64,000 nt of DNA from Pseudomonadota bacterium (GTDB lineage Bacteria; Pseudomonadota; Gammaproteobacteria; Steroidobacterales; Woeseiaceae), in assembly GCA_022563505.1 (NCBI GenBank), contig JADFNG010000004.1:581-64580 (forward strand), in the 5' to 3' direction. The notes under the pieces were generated by a model, which was given only the letters and a program-made list of their open reading frames with translations, ran no database searches and was not told the origin of the DNA. Both the position numbers and the translations under genes were made by a program. This document shows, piece by piece, positions 52,015 through 59,473 of the stretch (the stretch's first letter is position 1; every line of letters begins with the position of its first letter).

Positions 52015-53430
52015 CTAGGGAGCCGATATGCCCGGATCTTCCGCGATCGACGCCTGGTGCTCAGCTAGCACTCTGTACAACGGGCGCTCTACCCACGTGT
52101 CCTCGATGTAGTGGCGAAGACGCTCTCGCTCTTGTGGGTCTTTCAATAGATTATAGATCGCAGGATCCATGTTTGTTACGACAGGCTCACCGATTCTCTC
52201 AATTTCCTTGAAAATCATTTTCCAGTTCCGCCATTTCACCGCGACGATTTCATTGCCAATGTAATACACGATCGACTCTCGAGCGGATGTCTTTGATTTA
52301 CCCATCAGAAATTCGGAATGGTCAACACTATCCATGACGCGATCACTGGGGATATCCAGACCAAGCATAGCCGCTAAGGTGGCGTACACATCCACCGCAT
52401 GGACAATTTCATTGGATTTTTGTCGCGCCGGTATTTTGCCGGGCCAGCGGATCAGAAATGGAACACGAAAGGATCCTTCGTAACTGGTAAAAAGGCTTCC
52501 TCGCCAGGGGCCGTTGAATCCCTCTCTTCCGACTCCGCCATAGCCCCCGTTGTCAGATGTAAAGATAAAAATGGTGTCTTCCTTGATCCCCAGCTCTTCG
52601 ATTGCATTGAGGAGTTCACCGATATAGGTATCCGTCTGTGCGAGGATGTCAGCGAAATCGCCATTGCCAGTTTTACCCCTGGCGTCTGGATGGGGGTCAT
52701 GGGGCGTGTGTGTCTGCGTATAAGGAATGAAAACGAAGAATGGTTGGTCTTCCCTGGCCTTGCGTCGAATGAAGTCGAGCGCGTGATCGGTAATCTCTCG
52801 ATCCATCGTCGCACGTTTCTGACGGCCAAAGACTTCCAGTTCTTTGGGCTTCTCACCGCGCTTGGAGGACATGACATGCATGAACCTGGCTCCCGCGTCT
52901 TTTTGATACGAGGCACTGTCCGGCCAGAACGACCTATCCGATGACCTGGGGATTCCCCACCATTCATCGAAACCCTGATCGGTGGGAAAGCGGCCCTCAG
53001 TGTCGCCCAAATGCCATTTGCCGAATAATCCCGTAGCGTAACCGGCATCCGACAGGAGTTCAGCCAGCGTGTACTCCGACAAATTCAACCCGTACCATGG
53101 ATCTTGCGGTGGAGCATCTTTCCGTAGCCGTGTGCGTATCGCGTAGCGGCCGGTCATCAACGATGCGCGTGACGGTGTGCACTCCGCGTCCACGTTGTAA
53201 TTCGTCAGCTGAAAACCTTCATGAGCAATGCTATCGATGTTCGGCGTAGGGGCCCCGCGTATTTCGCCGCCGCCATATACGCCAGGTTCCCCGTAACCAA
53301 AATTATCCATCAGGACCAGGACGATGTTGGGCTTGACTTCACTTCCAGGCGCCGCTAGTGCCAATGGAACAGACACAATAAAGACGAACAGGTAAACAGC
53401 GGTTCTCACGATTCGAATGTACTCGAACAT
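52015..53430 (-). CDS. Cys-type (formylglycine) sulfatase, secreted
   Basis: GGAGG RBS before ATG 53430, a signal peptide, PNIVLVLMDNFGYG and the C-x-P-x-R motif CTPSRASLMTGR. Confidence 0.9.
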   Translation of the reverse strand: MFEYIRIVRTAVYLFVFIVSVPLALAAPGSEVKPNIVLVLMDNFGYGEPGVYGGGEIRGAPTPNIDSIAHEGFQLTNYNVDAECTPSRASLMTGRYAIRTRLRKDAPPQDPWYGLNLSEYTLAELLSDAGYATGLFGKWHLGDTEGRFPTDQGFDEWWGIPRSSDRSFWPDSASYQKDAGARFMHVMSSKRGEKPKELEVFGRQKRATMDREITDHALDFIRRKAREDQPFFVFIPYTQTHTPHDPHPDARGKTGNGDFADILAQTDTYIGELLNAIEELGIKEDTIFIFTSDNGGYGGVGREGFNGPWRGSLFTSYEGSFRVPFLIRWPGKIPARQKSNEIVHAVDVYATLAAMLGLDIPSDRVMDSVDHSEFLMGKSKTSARESIVYYIGNEIVAVKWRNWKMIFKEIERIGEPVVTNMDPAIYNLLKDPQERERLRHYIEDTWVERPLYRVLAEHQASIAEDPGISAP

Positions 53431-53612
53431 TTGTGACCTCCTACGGCGTTGATTTCGCGTCATTAAGGGACAGTCACTACACTAGCAGGCCATCGTAGGA
53501 TTTAGTGAGAAATGCAAATATCGAGTGATGTCTGTGGTGGGCACAAAAAACCTGACACGAGGTCGGGTCTTATCTTTCCAGGCCACCTGCGATCACTTTT
53601 CTTGCCGCTAAC

Positions 53613-55250
53613 ATGCGTCGGCTATACTACAGCTCGATAATCGCGCACCAGAATCCCCCAGCAACGAATCGAACGATACCCGTGAATGAAGATCTGAAAG
53701 TCCGAATCGAAAAGGCAGAATCCCTGATGCAACAGGGCCACCTTCCGTCGGCGCATTTTGCGTTGAAGAAAATCCTGCGAAAAGATCCCGACAATGTCCA
53801 CGCTCTAGTTCTCAGCGCCGAGCATCGTTTCCGAGATCGCAAGCAGACAGAGTCCGTGGATCTCATTAACAAGCTGTTTGACATGGAGCCCGAACATTTC
53901 GGCGGCGAGCTACAAAAGCGGCTTGGTCATGTGTGTTTTGAAAACGATCTTTATGCAAAAGCGTCGCAGCTATTTGAATGGGCGGGGCTTGAGGAAATAC
54001 AGGATGACTTGTCCCTGTTTCAACTGGGCATTTCACACTTTCGACTTCTCAAAACGCAGGATGCCGAACAGCGTCTCATGGAATGCGTGAAATCCAGACC
54101 CGATTTCTCTGCTGCCTATTTGCAACTGGGTCATGTTTACAAGGCGATGGGAAACAGCAAAGGCGCTGCTGAGAACTACAAAAAGTACATCCAATTTTCG
54201 CAGAATGGAAAAGGGACGGGCTATTGGTGTTTGGCAGATCTCAAATCGTATACTCTTGATGACGATGACATCGCCGAAATTAGGCGTGAAATGGAATCGC
54301 GGCAGGAAGATTTGCCGCAACTGTCCGCGCTGCAATTCGCCCTTGGCCGGGCCGCCGAGAAAAACAAGAATTACTCTGACGCGATGCGATACTACGACGA
54401 AGGCAACGCCATACAGGCCCGGCTCAAGCCGTTCAATGTAGAGCTATACCGCCGGGTTATTTCTGGCATTCAAACCGTGTACGCTGATGAAAAACCAACA
54501 CGAAGTGATGAGAAGCCCGTCGCGATTTTGGTCGTCGGCCTGCCACGATCCGGCACGACATTAATCGAACAAATCTTAAGTTCTCATTCCCGAGTCCAGG
54601 CAACCGATGAACTAACATTGCTCGACGATATGGCATTGCGGATGAATATAAGTGGTGGCTATCTCAAGCGCCTGTCGTCCATGACGAAAGATGAAAAGAA
54701 GGACCTGAGACAACAATACGTCAGCGGGGCCAGCGCTTATTTGAAGCAGGACAGCGACTTCTTCATCGATAAAAATCCTAAGAATTTCTTACACATCGGA
54801 CTGGCAAAAAGAATCATGCCGGAAACTGTCGTTATTGATGTGCGGCGAGATCCCAGGGATGTCGCTATCAGCGCTTATCGCCAGTTGTTCAATTTCACCA
54901 ACGAATTTGCGACGTCGTTTGAGGGTATTTACGAGTACTACAAGGGATATCTCGAGATGATTGATCATTGGCAATCCGTTTATCCAAATCAAATCAAGAC
55001 CGTCAACTACGAAGAGCTGGTGAGTTCACCCGATGAGCAAATCGAGGCTTTGCTCAGTTTCTGTGGATTGGCAAGCGAGCCGGCTTGTTTCGAATTTTAT
55101 GATCAAAAACGGGTCGTCATGACACCCAGCGTCGGGCAGGTATCGAAACCGATGTACACGTCCTCCGTAGGACAATGGCGCCATTACGAGGAGTATGCAC
55201 GGGATGGCATGTCGCGCCTGGGAAGTTTGCTTGCACCCACCAGTTCGTAA
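53613..55250 (+). CDS. TPR-repeat protein with a C-terminal sulfotransferase domain
   Basis: N-terminal TPR-like repeats. PAPS 5'-phosphosulfate-binding loop VVGLPRSGTTLIEQIL and downstream RDPRDVAIS. The start codon is uncertain. Confidence 0.8.
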   Translation: MRRLYYSSIIAHQNPPATNRTIPVNEDLKVRIEKAESLMQQGHLPSAHFALKKILRKDPDNVHALVLSAEHRFRDRKQTESVDLINKLFDMEPEHFGGELQKRLGHVCFENDLYAKASQLFEWAGLEEIQDDLSLFQLGISHFRLLKTQDAEQRLMECVKSRPDFSAAYLQLGHVYKAMGNSKGAAENYKKYIQFSQNGKGTGYWCLADLKSYTLDDDDIAEIRREMESRQEDLPQLSALQFALGRAAEKNKNYSDAMRYYDEGNAIQARLKPFNVELYRRVISGIQTVYADEKPTRSDEKPVAILVVGLPRSGTTLIEQILSSHSRVQATDELTLLDDMALRMNISGGYLKRLSSMTKDEKKDLRQQYVSGASAYLKQDSDFFIDKNPKNFLHIGLAKRIMPETVVIDVRRDPRDVAISAYRQLFNFTNEFATSFEGIYEYYKGYLEMIDHWQSVYPNQIKTVNYEELVSSPDEQIEALLSFCGLASEPACFEFYDQKRVVMTPSVGQVSKPMYTSSVGQWRHYEEYARDGMSRLGSLLAPTSS

Positions 55251-55450
55251 TTAATCGCTTGCGGAGAATCCTCCGAACTTCTCACCGATGAAGTCGCCCT
55301 CCTCCCATGCAGGTGCTTCGTCTTCCACCGCAATGCGACGCGTGATGCGAGCAGCGGCCCGAGGGGAAAGGTGTCAGGTGTATTTGCCGGAGTAGAATCG
55401 GCGAATGTCGGGCATCAAAAACGCCGAACATCGCCGGGTATTCGGTTTCT

Positions 55451-55536
55451 TGGTAGCGGGGGCGTGATTGCCCTCGCGGCTTCGCCGCTCAGTTATGTCG
55501 GCCGGCGGCGCCGGCCTCGGAGTGTGCTGGTCCTAC
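55451..55536 (+). repeat. 86-bp GC-rich structured repeat, copy B
   Basis: About 92% identical (7 mismatches in 86) to 57665..57750 in direct orientation. It contains three hairpins (GCGGGGGC/GCCCTCGC, GCGGC/GCCGC, GGCCGGC/GCCGGCC). Confidence 0.85.
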
Positions 55537-55585
55537 GGTCCCGCAGCGCATAGGTCTCAAATAGCCCTAGCGTCTATCCTGCCCG

Positions 55586-55753
55586 TTTCGCCGCCGCCAT
55601 ATACGCCAGGTTCCCCGTAACCAAAATTATCCATCAGGACCAGGACGATGTTGGGCTTGTCCTCACTCCCAGGCGCCGCCAGGCCACTGGAACAGACACA
55701 ATAAAGACGAGCAGATAAACAGGGATTCTCACGATTCGAATGTACTCGAACAT
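55586..55753 (-). pseudogene. duplicated, frameshifted 5' fragment of the sulfatase gene
   Basis: 55586-55780 aligns with 53262-53457 (the first ~56 codons plus RBS of the 52015..53430 sulfatase). The 74 nt at the coding-internal end are identical. It reads MFEYIRIVRIPVYLLVFIVSVP, then shifts frame, and is truncated after ..GYGEPGVYGGGE. Confidence 0.8.
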
Positions 55754-55961
55754 TTGTGGCCTCCTATGGCGTTGTTTTCGGATATGAGTATCGCCTATTC
55801 ATACAATATCCTCGAGCCCCCCGGAACACGGGCACGGTCGCCCTCGCACGCGACCTCAAGTCCCAGGAAACCTGAGAAAGAGCAGAGATTGACTAGGTGC
55901 GACCGATACCACGAGAATGGCCGCAGGCTCATGAAGAACAGAACGAGTGGAGAAAGTGATC

Positions 55962-57539
55962 ATGAAGGAATCTGCGTTGGCAATAATTTCTAATTTCGCC
56001 GCCCACAAGAAAATATGTTCGTACATATCACTACTCCTGCTTACTGCGATACCGGCGGAAGCAAGCGATATCCAGCCCAATATTCTATTTATCGTGGCCG
56101 ACAATCAACCGGCCTCGATTTTGGGGGCTTATGGGAACCCGGATGTCAAGACGCCCAACATTGATCGACTCGCTAATGAAGGCGTGCGCTTTACCCACGC
56201 TTTTGCCGTACACGGCATGTGTTCACCTACACGCGCCACGTTGTTGACAGGGCTCCTGCCATCACAACACGGGGTCCAGGATTGGCTGGATGATGAAGAG
56301 ATGGAAAATTGGCCCATCGATTGGAACGCTATCCGAGAGTATCGAACGTTACCGTACACACTCAAGAATCGAGGCTACCAGACCTCATTAATCGGAAAAT
56401 GGCACCTGGGTCAACCCAGTCCCCCGGACGAGTGGTTCGATTATTGGGTGACCTTCAATCTCGGCCATACCATCGATTTTTGGAATAATGAAATCAATGA
56501 AAATTCCAGGAAATACAAATTAGAGGGCCAGCACAGCGTCGATTTTTTCACAGATAAAGCGGTCGAATACCTGGAAAACTACGATCATCAAAAGCCCTTT
56601 TTTCTAATGGTTACCTACAACGGACCTTATATGAATCCGCCAACAAATCTCGGCGCCGCCAGGAATCGGCACTATGCGGAATATAAAGACAAAGAGTTTC
56701 CCTCGTTTCCCAGAAACAGAATCCACGAGACGATTCTCGATGAGATACCGGTGCCCGATCCGGAAGAATGGTATTTGAATTTGGCTCGAATGCACAATGA
56801 TCCGGAAACGATGGCTAATGTAGCGTCACAAAACACAATGGTCGACGATGGTGTGGGTCGTTTGTTGAAAGCACTGGAAGAGAATGGTCTCGCAGAAAAC
56901 ACACTGGTGATTTATACCAGCGATCAGGGTAATTTTTTCGGTCAACATGGTTTGTGGGGACATACTGATTATTCATTTCCGGCGAGCTTGTACGAGACCG
57001 CGATGAACATACCGTTGATCGCTCGCTATCCGGGCGTCATTGAGAAAGGCCAGGTGAGTGATCTGTTTATTGGGCAATACGACCTCATGCCCACCATCCT
57101 CGATATGGCCGGATTAGATGTGGAAATAGCCAACTCCCCAGGTCGAAGTTTTGCTGAACATCTAAAGGGGAACGAACTCGCATCATGGAGAGACGCGGTG
57201 TATATGGATCAAGAGGCAACTCGTGTAATCCGAACCAGTCAGTTTTCATATTGGAAACGCCTGAAAGGTACGGGCGAGCACGAACTCTACGACATGCAGA
57301 AGGACCCTGAGCAAGAAAACAACCTATACGGAAATCCCGACTTTGTTGAAACGATTTCGACGTTGGATAGAAGGTTGACCCAGTTCTTTGATACCTATTC
57401 CGATGCCCAATATGATCTTTGGCGAGGCGGTACTGTGAAGGGATCCACAGAATCGACTCAGGTGTACAAGTCCCTGTACGGTGACCAGTGGAAGCCGGAG
57501 TCGGAGATCAAGCCCGCCTTTAGGGAGAACGTCCAATAA
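55962..57539 (+). CDS. Cys-type (formylglycine) sulfatase, secreted
   Basis: Signal peptide, PNILFIVADNQP and the C-x-P-x-R motif CSPTRATLLTGL. The start is set at ATG 55962. Confidence 0.9.
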   Translation: MKESALAIISNFAAHKKICSYISLLLLTAIPAEASDIQPNILFIVADNQPASILGAYGNPDVKTPNIDRLANEGVRFTHAFAVHGMCSPTRATLLTGLLPSQHGVQDWLDDEEMENWPIDWNAIREYRTLPYTLKNRGYQTSLIGKWHLGQPSPPDEWFDYWVTFNLGHTIDFWNNEINENSRKYKLEGQHSVDFFTDKAVEYLENYDHQKPFFLMVTYNGPYMNPPTNLGAARNRHYAEYKDKEFPSFPRNRIHETILDEIPVPDPEEWYLNLARMHNDPETMANVASQNTMVDDGVGRLLKALEENGLAENTLVIYTSDQGNFFGQHGLWGHTDYSFPASLYETAMNIPLIARYPGVIEKGQVSDLFIGQYDLMPTILDMAGLDVEIANSPGRSFAEHLKGNELASWRDAVYMDQEATRVIRTSQFSYWKRLKGTGEHELYDMQKDPEQENNLYGNPDFVETISTLDRRLTQFFDTYSDAQYDLWRGGTVKGSTESTQVYKSLYGDQWKPESEIKPAFRENVQ

Positions 57540-57610
57540 GCGCTGAGCCGTGTCCGCAGGCTCTTGATTCGCGCCAAAAACTGACCCGGCATTTGCACTC
57601 CCAAACGCAA

Positions 57611-57638
57611 AAAGCCCCGTAGAAACGAGGCTTTTGCC
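57611..57638 (+). terminator. terminator after the second sulfatase gene
   Basis: AAAGCCCCGT-AGAA-ACGAGGCTTT hairpin (one mismatch) followed by TTG. Confidence 0.5.
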
Positions 57639-57664
57639 ATCGTGGCTTATAAAGCCCGAAAAAT

Positions 57665-57750
57665 TGGCAGCGGGGGCGTGATTGCCCTCGCGGCTTTGCC
57701 GCTCAGTTATGTCGGCTGGCTCCGCCGGCCTCGGGGTGTGCTGTTCCTAC
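57665..57750 (+). repeat. 86-bp GC-rich structured repeat, copy C
   Basis: Direct repeat of 55451..55536. All substitutions fall in loops or tails or give a G.U pair. Confidence 0.85.
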
Positions 57751-57849
57751 ACGTCCGACGCGAATTCGCCTGCGATAGCTTAGTCCAGCCAATTTGGCCC
57801 CTGCTCCGCCCCCTGAATGTCCGCTTTTCCCTGCGCTCATTCGCAAATA

Positions 57850-58197
57850 CTATTTTTCTTGAGTGATGCCGAGTCTATAGGAATCGATGATACCGACTAC
57901 CCAACATGCGCCGACGACAATCAAAGAAATATTCACTATTAAATTATCCGCACTACTGATGAAGTTAGAAACCAGTTCTGTAATAGCTTCTGATTCAACG
58001 GGGATCTCACCGCCATTGATGCTATCGACAATGCTTAACGCGCGCCTAACGGCTACTGTGACGATTACTGACAACGCTATCAGCGTGAATAGAATCAAGA
58101 TTGACCCGCGTAGATACTGTTTCAAGACCATGTGCCCGATACCAGGAAATATTAGGCCAGATAGAAGCGCAGCTTTTATTGATCTCGTCATTTGCAC
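57850..58197 (-). CDS. small multi-pass membrane protein, function unknown
   Basis: 115 aa with three predicted hydrophobic helices (LLSGLIFPGIGHMVL, ILILFTLIALSVIVTVAV, ISLIVVGACWVVGII). The gene is AT-rich. Confidence 0.55.
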   Translation of the reverse strand: MQMTRSIKAALLSGLIFPGIGHMVLKQYLRGSILILFTLIALSVIVTVAVRRALSIVDSINGGEIPVESEAITELVSNFISSADNLIVNISLIVVGACWVVGIIDSYRLGITQEK

Positions 58198-58336
58198 ACT
58201 ATAGGCCGATCATCGCTTGTCTGAATGGCCGCAATCACGATGAAGCAGCCGTTCGAACGACTACAAAAACGATGTCTTGAAGGGCAGCAAACGGCCAGAA
58301 GCGGTCGTTGCTGGCTCTTCTCTATTTCGAGTCTCA

Positions 58337-59257
58337 TCAAAACGTAAACATGACAACGAAATCGGCTGTACCAAAGGTATTGTCCCATGCCGCGGAAGTA
58401 ATAAGACCCGGGTTGTTGTCAGAATCCAAAGTCCACGCAGCACCCTCGAAGTAAACATCGCTGTTCTGGAAACCAACACGGATAAGCGTAGAGGTCGCGT
58501 CCCAAGACCCATTATTCGCACTCAAAAAGGCAACGTATTCTTCGCCCGGCACAAGTATCAAGCCTCCAGTATCGACAAGGTACTCGGTCATCATCGATTG
58601 GGCGGTGGTGATGCTTTGCAATTGGCTCTCGTAAAGTATTGGCCCGGTTGCACGATCTATGTTCCACGCCATGACAACAACCGAGAAGAACAAGTCCTCA
58701 CCACTCGTGTCATCTGGCGAGTGCTGAAGCGAGAAGGACAGGCGCTGGAGGGTGGGCGCGTCTGCAAGAACGACAAACGTCTGGCCAAATACCTCAGTAG
58801 CACCACCATCACCAAATGGCGCCGCGCTTTCCGTACCGTTCCAGCCGACGGTTGTGTCAATCGCAAACGACGCACGGATTGCAATGATGAAGTAGACCTC
58901 GGTTGCGCCCCCTTCTGCCGTCACGACAGTGCGGATATCGTTTTCGCCTACAACCAGCTGGACAGTGGTGGGGGAACTGTTGTTGCCATTGATTGTAAAG
59001 CTGGAGCTACTGTCGCTCGTGGTCGCAGAGACTTCGACGCTCGTGGTGCTGTAGGGAACCCGGACGATGTAGGTAGTCGTCGATGAACTGAATGGCGGTT
59101 CCAGCATCTCACCGCTTATGGACAGGGATGAAAGTGATGCATCTCCCGCACTGGGCACGCAAAATATGCAAGTTCCTGAGCCAATCCCCAGGTCGCATCC
59201 TGTCAGGAACGCTGATGAGACCAATGCAATTGATAGCAGGCGGGTCACTGTTTTCAT
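58337..59257 (-). CDS. lipoprotein with a cadherin-like beta-sandwich domain
   Basis: Lipobox LLSIALVSSAFLTGC at the start from ATG 59257. LSSLSISGEMLEPPFSSSTTTYIVRVPYSTTSVEVSATT...VTAEGGATEVYFIIAIR resembles the cadherin-like beta-sandwich domain. The C-terminal ~190 aa are unassigned. Confidence 0.6.
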   Translation of the reverse strand: MKTVTRLLSIALVSSAFLTGCDLGIGSGTCIFCVPSAGDASLSSLSISGEMLEPPFSSSTTTYIVRVPYSTTSVEVSATTSDSSSSFTINGNNSSPTTVQLVVGENDIRTVVTAEGGATEVYFIIAIRASFAIDTTVGWNGTESAAPFGDGGATEVFGQTFVVLADAPTLQRLSFSLQHSPDDTSGEDLFFSVVVMAWNIDRATGPILYESQLQSITTAQSMMTEYLVDTGGLILVPGEEYVAFLSANNGSWDATSTLIRVGFQNSDVYFEGAAWTLDSDNNPGLITSAAWDNTFGTADFVVMFTF

Positions 59258-59473
59258 TCGAGTCCTCCTCACTGAGAACTTGCGAGCAGTATTGCCCTTC
59301 AGTTGTAATTCGGCAGCTCGGCGATCTTGGGTCCTTCGGGGAGTCATCCATGGCTTCTCGGAGGAAGCGAGGACCCGTGGCTTTCCGTCTCCGCCTTTTG
59401 GCGGGTTTGGTTTTTTCGGTGTTGCTGGTAACCGAATTATAGCAGATGGATGGCAACTCAGTAGCTGGTCACC

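Noticed and set aside
55371-55553. 60-aa ORF, and the 74-aa ORF at 57642..57866, which share GSGGVIALAA.PLSYVG..RRPR
   Set aside because: The shared peptide is simply a translation of the 86-bp repeat. There is no RBS, and the sequences outside the repeat are unrelated.
55451-55554. Repeat B (and repeat C at 57665..57750) as a minus-strand tRNA, tRNA-Sec or tmRNA gene, because the minus strand ends ...CGCCCCCGCT(A/G)CCA
   Set aside because: No 5' acceptor strand (AGCGGGG) is present. There is no 5-bp T-stem with a 7-nt T-loop and no D-arm. The terminal GCCCCCGC instead pairs with the immediately adjacent GCGAGGGC. I treat it as tRNA-derived at most.
58277-59086. 269-aa plus-strand ORF
   Set aside because: It lies antisense to the lipoprotein gene, which has a lipobox and a recognisable cadherin-like domain. 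The plus-strand frame is Arg-rich and featureless.
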